Source: Pristiophorus japonicus (lineage: Eukaryota). Taken from it: 64,000 bases of DNA. Within the stretch, counting starts at the first letter, position 1. Each line of letters opens with the position of its first letter. Shown here piece by piece: positions 21,533 through 33,418 of the stretch. The position numbers and the translations under genes are program-made. The stretch is taken from NCBI RefSeq assembly GCF_044704955.1, contig NC_091995.1, forward strand, positions 15,872,001 to 15,936,000, given 5' to 3'. The notes beneath the pieces were generated by a model that saw only the letters and a program-made list of their open reading frames with translations, was not told the DNA's origin and did not search any database.

Positions 21533-21658
21533 CGGAACCAACGAGATAACAGCGGAAGATCGCTGCTTTGGCAGCTACTTATACTGGGAGTGCGACTTGC
21601 ATTATTTGTTGTGATCATCATTGTAACAATTTGTCTCGCACATTTATGGGAGTCTTGA
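21531..21658 (+). CDS. TM/short-tail exon of gene A with intramembrane Arg; canonical acceptor missing
   Basis: RNQRDNSGRSLLWQLLILGVRLALFVVIIIVTICLAHLWES*; paralog of 48776-48903; AATAAA at 21940. Confidence 0.65.
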
Positions 21659-23609
21659 GGTTCTCTCATGGCATTCATTGCAGGGCGAGAGGGAGTTGAG
21701 CGAATAGGCAAGTGTTCAGTGGAAAAATGCAAAACTAAACCGATTGGCATATTGGACACTTTCTGTTTGCAGTTAGATTAAGAAGTAAAATTGCAAGTGA
21801 AATGGTTCTAATTGTTAAATGCAAACGCAACAAATGTACATTGTGCTCGGGAATGTTTACATGGCACTTGTTATTTTGGTGTAACTCTATGTTAGGACTG
21901 TTTTTCAATTAACAGATGGCATACTGTGTTACTCAAGTAAATAAATAACAGCTTTAGTAAATCCTAAGGTATTTTCACCCAAGTCTTCATTTCTCTGGGG
22001 GCAGACCAGTGGTGACAAGTCGGGAACGGTAACATAATGGTTAATTTACTGGACGAGTAATCCAGAGGTCTGGTCCAGGAATTCAAGTGACTGCGTTCAA
22101 ATCCCACCACGGCAGTTGGGGAATTTAAATTCAGTTAATGACATAAATCTGTAATTAAAAGCTAGTGTCTGAAATTACCGGATTGTTGTAAAACTGCATC
22201 TAAAGTCCTTTTGGGAAGGAAATCTGCCATCCTTACCCGGTCTGGCCTATATGTGACTCCAGATCCACAGCAATGTGGTTAACTCTTACAAAAGCAAAAT
22301 ACTGTGGAAGCTGGAATCTGAAATAAAAATAGCAAAGAGAAGGGGCGTAAACCCTCACCACATTGAAAAAGTAATTGGAAGTAGCTAAGGGGCTACAGAC
22401 CAAGGGCTGGTTAGTGAGATTAGGTTGGATAGCTCTGTCGACCGGCATGGAAATGATGGGCAGAAACGGCCCCCTTCCGTGCTGTAAATTTCTATGATCC
22501 TTTGATTCTAGGAATGGCGCTTAACAGCACCTTCGAGAGTAACCATAATCTTTTAAGTAATCGTTTTCAGTATTGCCCCTCTGTATTAAGATGTAATTCG
22601 CTATGTTCGACGGCATTGTCTTCTTGTAACAATTTTGGTCGTTACTCCCTACATCCTATTACTTAAACTTTTGTAGAGGATCCCGCTGGTAATATAGACT
22701 CTTCAGTGTAAGGGGGATATTTTATTAAATTGCATAAATGAAAGATTATCTATTACTTTCTACAAATGTCGGCACTTAATGCGAGAATTGTTGAGAAAAG
22801 TACTTGAAGGCCTAGTTCATTACAATCACTGTCGTCAATCTTGGCCCATACCATTCATATTTATCATTGTAATCGTAAATATATTATAACACCTGATGAA
22901 CCAGTAACTTTCCTGATTATTTTAATCTATAAACCTAGACAGTGAATCGAAGTAGGACCAATAATTTGCGAAAAATGAACAAGGAAGGAATGGATGAGAA
23001 CTCGCCTATGTTAATCAAGCCATGCTGCGTCGACCATTCATGACAATATAAGATGTGGAACCGGGACGCAATTAAGATTCATGGTAATAAGTCTTGATGC
23101 GATCAATGCTGACAGCAATAGATTTAAGTTATTTAAATGGTGGGCGCCTTGACAGATCCTAGACTTGAAATTTTTGCGGGTTCTGTCTCGAAGGATATCC
23201 CTAAAATGCCATTCGGACCTTTAATGTGTCATACGATGAAAAAAACGATATTTTTAAATTTAGTTGTCCAAATAACTCATTGCGATGTTACATACTAAAA
23301 TTAGCATTTCCACTGGCATTCAATAGAATGTGAATTTTTTCATCGATTTTGTCAATGGTTCGATTGTACTCACATAGCTTAAGCGAAATAAAAGTTTCCT
23401 GAATTTAACCATTAAGCTTTTAATTATAGTTGGCACCTACGAACGATAGCTGGTGAAACTAACCCCTAATTCCTTATTATACTTAGCTATTATGTGAATT
23501 ATGTGAAACTAGCAGAGACCCGCGAAAACATTTGCGGTCAAACCCTTCATTGCAACAGTGATTGTTTAGACTGCTTTCATCTACTTCATTTAAAGAATAG
23601 ACTCCATCG

Positions 23610-23890
23610 CTCTCAACCTCCTTTGTCTCTCTCCTTCCCTCTCTCCTTCCTTCTCTCTCACATTTTCCCTTCCTCTCTCCCCCTCCCTCACCCCTCCCGC
23701 CCTTTCTCTCTTCCTACCTCTCCCACTCTCTCCCACTCCCTTCTCTCCTACCCTCCACCCTCCTCACTCCCACCCTCTCCTTCCCTCTCTCCCCTCGATA
23801 TCTGCCCCTCCCTCTCGCTCTCCCACCCCTCCCTCCTCCTCACTCTTTCCCCTTCCCCGCCCTCTCTTCCTCTTCTGCTCTCCCTCGCTC
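23610..23890. repeat. CT-rich low-complexity tract (paralog at 52785-53150)
   Basis: Polypyrimidine (CT/CCT)n. Confidence 0.9.
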
Positions 23891-23929
23891 TCACCCGCTG
23901 CTCCAGCAGCAATGCCCCTAGAGCAAACC

Positions 23930-24060
23930 GCGCTCATTGGCCTCGTCACATGCACTGCCGCCTTCTCATTGGAGCAGACCCAGCATCAAAACATTCGCGC
24001 CATTGCTCCCCGCCCTGATTGGTTGCGAGGCCGGGCGGGACCTGATCGCACATTGGTCGG
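23930..24060 (+). promoter_or_regulatory. Candidate promoter: clustered inverted CCAAT boxes and GC boxes
   Basis: ATTGG at 23936, 23968, 24018 and 24052; CCCCGCCC at 24008; partly conserved at 53225-53345. Confidence 0.45.
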
Positions 24061-24617
24061 TACAACTCTCACTCAGTTCGGACCATGTGCTCCCAGCACA
24101 GGCCTCGCCCTCGGCCCATGGACAGACTAAAAACTGACGATTATTATTATAGAAAGGAACAAATTCTCAGAAAAAAAAACATTCAGAGAACTATCATGTG
24201 AGTTAACGTGACTTGGTAAGCGCAACTTATTTAAGTACAAGTTAAACTTGCAATAGCTCAGTCAATAAAAAAATTGCATGGTGCAGTAACGAGCTACAAG
24301 CGCCAGAGGCCACCGGCTCGCTCGTCTGTCTTGAGTTTAGTAGAACGGGGGCCGTGGTCGCTTTGGTTAATCTCAGTCGTTTAAATAGCGAATAGCAATC
24401 GTGGTTCCTGCTCCTGAGGCACAATTTTGGAGGTTCCTGCGTGTGGATGGCGGCCGGACAGGACTCGATTGGCAAGAAGCCTCTAATAGAAAAAGTTGCA
24501 TGCGCTCATTCCCGAGGCTCACACACCAAGAATGATTAGTTAGGTTAGATTTTAGTGAGCTACCGATGCACATTCAACTATACCCAAGAATAAGTCATTG
24601 CCTGGTCGTAAAGGCAT

Positions 24618-24780
24618 AACTTTTGTAGAGGATCCCGCAGGTAATATAGACTCTTCAGTGTAAGGGGGATATTTTATTCAATTGCATAAATGAAAGATTA
24701 TCTATTACTTTCTACAAATGTCGGCATTTAATTCGAGAATTGTTGAGAAATGTACTTGAAGGCCTAGTTCATTACAATCA
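24618..24780 (+). repeat. 163-bp local duplicate of 22666-22828 at the 5' junction of a CR1
   Basis: Direct alignment with about 5 mismatches; absent from the paralogous empty site near 53845. Confidence 0.9.
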
Positions 24781-26866
24781 AAGTTCATAGTGCTCAACAA
24801 AAATATATTCCAGTGAAAAAGAAGGGTGGTAAGAGAAGGGATAACCAGCCGTGGATAACCAAGGAAATAAAGGAGAGTATCAAATTAAAAACCAATGCGT
24901 ATAAGGTTGCCAAGGTTAGTGGGAAACTAGAAGATTGGGAACATTTTAAACGACAGCAAAGAATGACTAAGAAAGCAATAAAGAGAGGAAAAATAGATTA
25001 CAAAAGTAAACTTGCGCAAAACATAAAAACAGATAGTAAAAGCTTTTACCGATATATAAAACGGAAAAGAGGGACTAAAGTAAATGTTGGTCCCTTAGAA
25101 GATGAGAAGGGGGATTTAATAATGGGAAATGTAGAAATAGCTGAGATCTTAAACAATTATTTTGCTTCCGTCTTCACAGTGGAAGACACAAAAACCATGC
25201 CAAAAATTGCTGGTCACGGGAATGTGGGAAGGGAGGACCTTGAGATAATCATTATCACTTAGGGGATAGTGCTGGACAGGCTAATGGGACTCAAGGTAGA
25301 CAAGTCCCCTGGTCCGGATGAAATGCATCCCAGGGTATTAAAAGAGATGGCGGAAGTTATAGCAGATGCATTCGTTATAATCTACCAAAATTCTCTGGAA
25401 TCTGGGGAGGTACCATCGGATTGGAAAGCAACTAATGTAACGCCTCTGTTTAAAAAAGGGAGCAGACAAAAGGCAGGTAACTATAGGCCGGTTAGTTTAA
25501 CATCTGTAGTGGGGAAAATGCTTGAAGCTATCACTAAGGAAGAAATAGCGGGACATCTAGATAGGAATAGTGCAATCAAGCAGACGCAACATGGATTCAT
25601 GAAGGGGAAATCATGTTTAACTAATTTACTGGAATTCTTTGAGGATATAACGAGCATGTGGATAGAGGTGTGCTGATGGATGTGGTGTATTTAGATTTCC
25701 AAAAGACATTCGATAAGGTGCCACACAAAAGGTTACTGCAGAAGATAAAGGTATATGGAGTCAGAGGAAAGTTATTAGCATGGATAGAGAATTGGCTGGC
25801 TAACAGAAAGCAGAGAGTCGGGATAAATGAATCCTTTTCGGGTTGGAAATCGGTGGTTAGTGGTGTACCACAGGGATCGGTGCTGGGACCACAACTGTTT
25901 ACAATATACATAGATGACCTGGAAGAGGGGACAGAGTGTAGTGGAGCAAAATTTACAGATGACACAAAGATTAGTGGGAAAGCGGGTTGTGTAGAGGACA
26001 CAGAGGGGCTGCAAAGAGATTTAGATACGTTAAGCAAATGGGCTAAGGTTTGGCAGATGGAATACATGTCGGAAAATGTGAGGTCATCCACCTTGGGGAA
26101 AAAAACCAGTAAAAGGGAATATTATTTGAATGGGGAGAAATTACAACATGCTGCGGTGCAGATGGACCTGGGGGTCCTTGTGCATTAATCCCAAAAAGTT
26201 AGTTTGCAGATGCAGCAGGTAATCAGGAAAGCGAATGGAATGTTGGCCTTCATTGCGAGAGGGATGGAGTACAAAAGCAGAGAGGTCCTGCTGCAACTGT
26301 ATAAGGTATTGGTGAGGCCACACCTGGAGTACTGCATGCAGTTTTGGTCACCTTACTTAAGGAAGGATATACTAGTTTTAGGAGGGGGTACAGATACGAT
26401 TCACTAGGCTGATTCCGGAGAGGAGAGGGTTGCCTTATGATGATAGATTGAGTAGATTGGGTCTTTACTCGTTGGAGTTCAGAAGGATGAGGGGTGATCT
26501 TATAGAAACATTTAAAATAATGAAAGGGATAGACAAGATAGATCGGGGAGACTAGAACTAGCGGGCACAGCCTCAAAATACGGGGGAGCCAATTTAAAAC
26601 CGAGTTGAGAAGGAATTTCTTCTCCCAGAGGGTTGTGAATCTGTGGAATTCTCTGCCCAAGGAAGCAGTTGAGTCTAGCTCATTGAATGTATTCAAATCA
26701 CAGATAGTTAGATTTTTAACCAATAAGGGAATTAAGGGTTATGGGGAGCAGGCGGGTAAGTGGAGCTGAGTCCAAGGCCAGATCAGCCATGATCTTGTTG
26801 AATGGCGGAGCAGGCTCGAGGGGCTAGATGGCCTACTCCTGTTCCTAATTCTTATGTTCTTATGTT
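24781..26866 (+). mobile_element. CR1 LINE, 5'-truncated ORF2 with RT
   Basis: KSPGPD, NYRPVSLTS, QHGF, YLDFQKTFDKV, GVPQGSVLGP and FTDD motifs; (TTCTTATG)n tail; frameshifted. Confidence 0.95.
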
Positions 26867-27524
26867 ATTATAACAGTGGTAGAATAATCAAATGGTTAGA
26901 TATCTGTAATAGGATTTGATGCATAACATTTGCAGGGCGCCTCATCAATTAACAAAGACAGCTTAAAATATCACTGTGCGCATGCATTGCATGCATTTTC
27001 ATATAACCTACACACAGGGAAATAAAATAGGAATTAGAATATGTTCCCTCCATGCGCATATAAAAGTTGTGAAAGAATTACTTGAAAGACGATTTGTACG
27101 TGTCATTGCTAGCATACCGTGCCAAGGAAAGCCTCTCTTATGGCCGTTGTGATCTAATTTCAAGAAGCCTCGTCATCCAACAAAATTGTTAATAGGTTAA
27201 TGAAACTGCACACTGCTCAATGCAAAATGAATCATCATTTCGTGTTCTGGGTTATGTCTTGCTCGCTGAAGATTACAGTACGTTACAGAAATGTACTGAC
27301 ATATTTACAACTTTGATACCCCTTCACTGATGAATGAGCCTTACAGTCATTTCATATATAAGCAGATTATACTTAAGTGTTTTCTTTCTAATGTACATCA
27401 AGTTACGTCAAGTCTACAGCAACGAATGCGGTCATTCGGCCCAGCTGACCCATGCGGGTGTTTATGCTCCACGTCAGCCTCCTCCCACCGCTCTTCATCT
27501 CACCCTATCAGGAAAAAAAATAAA

Positions 27525-27925
27525 GACTTATTTTTACATAGCGCCTTTCACGACCACCGGACGTCGCAAAGCACTTTTTTGAAGTGGAGTCACTGTTATA
27601 ACGTAGGAAATGCATCAGCCAATTTGCACACAGCAAGCTCCCACAAAGTGTAATATGCTAATGACCTGTTTGAGTGATGCGGGACAAACACTGGCCAACA
27701 CACCGGGAATAATTATCCTTCTCTTCTTTGAAATAGTGGCATGGGATTTTTACGTCCACTTGAGAGTGCAGACGGGCCTCGGTTTAACCTGCGACGGTGC
27801 AGCACTCCCTTAGTATTACACTGAAATATCAGCCTAGACTTTTGTCCTCAAATGCCTGGAGTGGGACATGAACCCACAACCTTTTGACTCAGTGGCAACA
27901 GTGCTACCCACTGAACCACAGCTTA
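27525..27925 (-). mobile_element. Deu-domain SINE (shared with paralog at 54530-54945)
   Basis: Reverse-complement core; present at the equivalent position in both duplication copies. Confidence 0.7.
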
Positions 27926-30469
27926 CACCTCTACTCCTTGCTACCTCATATCAACATAACCTTCTATTCCTCTCTCCTTACAACTTCCCCTCAAATGCAT
28001 ATATATATTCGCTGGATGGGTTCTCTGGAGAGCCTCATTCTCAAACCTCTCTGGGTAAACACGTTTTTCTCGAATTTCTTTTTGGAAACGTTTTCCCTAC
28101 GTCTATGCTTTCATTATCTTAAAGGCCTCTCTCAAGTCAACGCCCAGCCTTGTCTTTTCTACAGAGTAAAGCCCCAGCCTGTTCAGTCCGTTGTCGGGAA
28201 ACATTTCTTTACAGAAAGCTACTGGGAATCAGGGACGCTCGCCGACAGTGTTTGGTTGCCCTTGTGCATATTCCAACCTGAATATAGATGAACTTTAATT
28301 CCAACAAAATTAGATTACGATAAAAACACTAGGATCAAATTTTAAAATTGAGACATTGGGGAATCCGGTGATAATATCGGCCAGAATGGACAAGGGTGAG
28401 TGTGGAAGGGCTGGGAGCGGACTGGGTGTGGGATATACCAGCAGTAGCGTGAGATTTAGTTGAACTGAAGTTTATATTGGATGGGGGATGGGAGGCCGAA
28501 GAGAGCTTTGGAAAAGTGGAGTCTGGGGGCTTCAAAGGCATAGAAGAATGTTTGAATGGCAGACAGACTGAAGTAATGAAGGTAGGGGTGATGTTAAGGA
28601 GGTGAAACAATGCAATCGTTACGCGAGCGGGGATATGTGCTCTAGAGGTTCAGCTCTGCGAGAACTAGGACGCCCTGGTTGTGACTAGTCTGGTTCGGGA
28701 CCTTAGGAGGAGCTTAAGAAATGTTCTTCTTTATTCTTTCGGTCACTGTCTGCAAAGCCTTGTCATACCTCCGCTGTGACACAAACAGTTAAAATGGGAG
28801 ACCAGCAAGAATGAGGGTTGAACACACACGTGGGAATGGAGCAGGTTTTAGAGTTCAAATATAAACTGTTAAAAAGATAGCGTGGAAATTGCAAGGTGCT
28901 TGTGACAATGGAGCGCCCATTTTGCGGCCAAGCTATGCAGCCTTTGAGAAGAGTAAACAATATTTGCCACACTGTTCCAACAAAATGGTATAGGAAGATA
29001 ATGTATAGTAGGATTCGGCCAAGGATTTTCGCAGCTCCAATACTACAACTTGCACAGTCCCCCAGGCTAGGTACACTCTGTTCAGTAAGTGAGGTTAATA
29101 ATAGTGGATACATTAGTACTAAATCCTTCAGAAGCATACACATATAAGATGCATATGCATGTTATTTAATGTCTTGAATTGATAAAGAACTGCGCGGGGG
29201 GCGGGGATAACCGCACATTGACAACAATATCTTGGACCATATTTATAATGGAAACTAAGTATGTAATAATTGGAAACTCCTGCCAATTCACAGGAATTCT
29301 GCGCAGACATTCCCCGGGTTACTCTTGGACCCTCAACACCACGATAGCAACCCAGAGATATTGCTGACAGGTTTGTAAAGGGTTTGCGCCGCTGTTCCAG
29401 GGGGTGGCGGTTCCTCCGCTGTCCCGCCAATGTTACGTCAAAAGCAGGCAGCACTCCCGCGGAACAGCGGGGCCTAGATTTTTAGTTTGTTCCTTTTCCT
29501 AAACTTAATTTATACAGCTTTTATAGAAATGGAAACGAAGTTGCTTGCAATCATTGCTTTTTTTATTATTCATTCACCGTATGTGGGCGTAGTTGGCAAG
29601 GCCGGAATGTATTGCCCCACGCCTAATGCCCTCGAGAAGGTGGTGGTGAGGCGCCTTCTTGAACCGTGACTTCGCTTTCGAGTTGAGTATCTGGGTAAGT
29701 GGATCGCTTACATTTCACAAATCTTTGCTTTACCGAAGTCGTGATGCTTGCAACAAAGTAATCGCAAACATGGCGATTTTGCAATTCCACTCCAATAGGC
29801 AAGTAGGTATGTATCTTTGCACGGCTAAGAATGAAGCGAATGATCACAAATGTAGCAGAAAATAGTGTGGGTCTCTTGGTATATTCTCAGCAACTCTCTG
29901 GGATTCAGTTCCCAGTTTGTATGATCAACGCATTTTTACATAGCAACATATGTTCCCTGCGTAAGACATGAATTCAGTTTCAAATCCTCCTGTTGGGTTC
30001 TTCACTACTCTTTTGACGCTGAATATAGTTTCCCCGACAGCATTCTAAAAATTATTTTGTGACAGCACAGCCGTGGAGAAGCTGCAACCATCTTATTGTA
30101 AATGCTACCCTGCGCTGGCGAGTTAAACTAATTGGATTTCTATCGTTTACTTCTTTAGTAAACGATGGGCCATCTTCCAGCAATTCCCTGCTCGATTTTG
30201 CAATATTCTTATTATAATTTTGATCTTACAACACTTTGATTTCTTGCTTCTCGGGAAAATAGTTTAAAAAAGCTCTGGCGAAGTGAAAGATCGAACTTCT
30301 TTTAGTTACTTGTGAAAATCGTCATTTCGTTTAATCGGCCCTGAGCTGCGGTGGCGAATACTTACGAGAAGAAAAATGCTTTTAAACTAAAATAGCATGT
30401 TAAGCCGCAGTTGTAACTGAACCCGCTTGGGATTCAATCCCTAATGACTTTCATTCGCCACCATCCCAA

Positions 30470-30920
30470 CTTTAGCCGTGATTCAGTGGATAGCTCACTC
30501 GCCCCTGAGTCAGAAGGTTGTGGGTTCAAATTCCCACTCGAGGAACATGAGCATGTTAAAAAAAAATCTGGGCTGACACTCCCAGGGCAGTGCTGAGGGA
30601 GAACTGCACAGTCATAAGTGCCGTCTTTCGGATGAGAGGTTAAACCAAGGCCTCTCGCAGGTGGATGTAAAAGATCCCATGGCCTTATTTCGAAGAAGAG
30701 CAGGGGAAATGTGCCCTCGCCAATATTTATTCCTCAATTAGCATAACAAAAACATATTATCTGTTCATTAGCATATTGCTGTTTGTGGGAGCTTGCTCTA
30801 CGGAATTTTGCTGCCGCGTTTCCCACAAAACTAAAATGACTACACTGTCTCGTTGCCTGTAAAACGCTTTGAGCCGTCCGGTGGATGTGAAAGGCTCTAT
30901 ATAAATCCAAGTCTTTTTTC
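30470..30920 (+). mobile_element. Deu-domain SINE (shared with paralog at 62775-63230)
   Basis: Head and core as in the other copies. Confidence 0.7.
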
Positions 30921-31580
30921 TAATTGTTCTCCCTGTCGTCAACTCTATCCATATCCCCAAACGGCCTCCTTCGGCTCTACACGGCCTCTCAACCTCATTG
31001 TTTCCCTGTCTCCGGAATGCTGTGGACTCACCACCCCCACCCCATTCAACCCAGCATTAGGTCGCAGATTCACTTGCCCTGCTCCTACTCTTAGGAATTT
31101 CCTTCTGAAACCATTCTGCCACTTCCAAAGTTATTCCTCCCTTTAAGACTTCTCTTAAAATTTACCTCTGACCCCAAGACTTTGTTCAGCCCCCTGATCG
31201 CTGTGTATTTGGTTTGGAGCCCGGCTCACCATAGAAACATAGAAACATAGAAATCTACAGCGCAGAAGGAGGCCATTTTGGCTCATCGTGTCCGCGCCAG
31301 CTGACAAAGAGCCGCACGGCCGTCGATCAGCAGCTTTAAAGGTTACATATAAACCTATGAAGATTGAACAATGGCGGAAAGGTAAAAAGCACCCAGCTCA
31401 ACCAGTTCACCCCACACAACTGTGACACCCGTTACACTAAAACATTCTACATTCCACCCCAACCAGGCCATGTGAGCCCTGCGGAACCCCACTGGAAACA
31501 TCTTTGAGTCGCAAAAATATGCATCAACCATTACCCTTCCTGTGATGCGCCCTGGGGCATGATTCTACATTAAAGATATC

Positions 31581-31763
31581 GGGGTGGAATTGGAAATGCT
31601 CGGGGAAATAAAACAATCGGAATTACATTTGCCGACCGTTATCGGACATGCCCGCTATTCGGTTCTGTTGCATTCAATGGAGCTTAATATCTAGCCGCGG
31701 TTAGAACGAGGTGACCGATGCAATATCGCTTCTTTGTCATCTCAGCACATATTCAATTCCGCT
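31581..31763. mobile_element. Short MITE-like element (paralog at 63580-63766)
   Basis: Starts GGGGTGGAATTG; the paralog ends with its reverse complement CAATTCCACCCC; quasi-palindromic interior. Confidence 0.45.
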
Positions 31764-33364
31764 ATTTAAATACATGTTTTCATTAAGTTTAGCAGAGATA
31801 ATTCTAATGTTAATTTTTAAAGCGTATGATCTGAAAGGATTGGAAACATGGCCAATTGTACAGTAGGGCCGTGTAGTGTAGGAATAACCTGGTTCACAGG
31901 CAGAAGATAAGGACAGACGCGTAATTTGAATGCAATGGTTCTACCTTCAAAAAAGCGCTAGTCCTCCAGAATTATGTCTCACTTCAACCACACCACCCCT
32001 CCCCCCACCCACTCCCTTCTCCCACCCCCTCTATACAATATCGCTTCTATTTGTAATGTCTGTCCAGTTCAGTATGTATTGAGTTTTCAGACCAAAAATG
32101 TGATTGATGAATGTTAGAGAAAAATTGCAGGGGTGAATTTCAGGCCGCGATTTCGCCAATGGGTTCAAGTTGAGTGCGGCTAGCATCGGTGCTGTGTGAC
32201 GAACGCGTTGCCTGCTGCAGCCCGCCACTTGATAACAATCTTGCGTTGATGGAGCTTGTTAAGGGGTTCCCGGCCAATTATCAGGACGCCGGTGTGATGA
32301 CGTCGACTAACGACGCGTCATCAGCCGGTTTTCTTAAAGGGCTCATGGCCAACTTTTTTTTGACAATTCTTCTGTCAGTGTCCTGCAGCATTGAGCTTCT
32401 GCAAACATTGACAAGCATTGCACAGAGGTGCACGGGTGCACCCAGGCTCTCCCATGACAGATAGGTGAGGTTGAAATGACAGATGTGATCTGTCAATGCT
32501 GAGAGAGCTTGATCCAAAGAGGTGATAGTGAATACAGAGTTCACTGCAAATGCTTCCAGTCTGCATACCGTTCAAACGTTTCTACCAAATCCTGAAGATG
32601 CCAGCTTCTGACATTGGAAAGTTAACAGCTGTGAAATCGTAGTGTTTGTACCACATCTGCAACTGTCTACTTGCCAAATCAATAGTCACTGTGAACCCGA
32701 CTCCACTTTCCTGGTGTGTTCCCCGAGGGATGGTAAACCCGTCAAAAGTTTGGTAAAGTTGCAAGTAAATGCCTGTTTTTAATCTTCTTAAGTAGCTTTC
32801 AAGTACCTCTTAACCACCTTAATTCACAGTCGGGTCTGCAATCCGCACGCAGTCCTGTCATGTCAGAAACTCACAAGGAAGCAGGTTTGGAGAGTGATCC
32901 GGACCCGTTGTCAATCAGGGCTATTCTGACAACAGGCCTGCCTCCAAATCTGCATTCACGCCGCTGGGAAGATTCCGGCCTAAGTGTGGGTTTCTTCGAC
33001 ATAAATGCGGCGGAAATACCAGGAAAAGCAGTTGAACACACAATCACGTTGAAGTTATGACAGGGAAACAGGACATTCGGCCCAGCCAGTTTTCTTTTAG
33101 GCATTTAGCTTATTACGCTTGTCTTCCCTCAAATGTATGGCGGACTGGGAAACCTGGCAGAAATCTATTTCCGTATATCTGTGAAACCTGTACATAGCGG
33201 AACAACCAAATTCGAGATCTATCATTTAGCAACAAATCGCCTTTTCAGCGACTGCGCAACGCATCCAAGAAGGTCAAATTGCAGGATTAAAGCCGCATCA
33301 CTAAAAGCTACAAAATAAAATCAAAATTGTGAATGCAACTTTCTTTTTTTAACTTCATTCACAG

Positions 33365-33418
33365 GCAATAGTAAAGAAATGCATCCAGATACTGTAATCC
33401 GTGTGTTTCTGTTCTCTG
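33365..33418 (+). CDS. Leader exon of NKp30-like receptor gene B; ATG at 33379
   Basis: ttttttaacttcattcacag| acceptor, 14-nt UTR as in gene A, MHPDTVIRVFLFS, then G|gtgttt phase-1 donor (weak). Confidence 0.6.

Larger units (their letters stand above)
21531..33130 (+). repeat. Segmental duplication unit, copy 1 (paralog of 48776-64000)
   Basis: Collinear anchors 21531/48776, 22515/50757, 24140/53360, 26875/53848, 28430/55260, 29900/62200, 31540/63540 and 33110/63980. Confidence 0.9.

Noticed and set aside
32120-33060. Segment absent from the paralog, with short ORFs, as a gene or Harbinger-type transposon
   Set aside because: No convincing domain motif, TIR pair or TSD could be established by eye.
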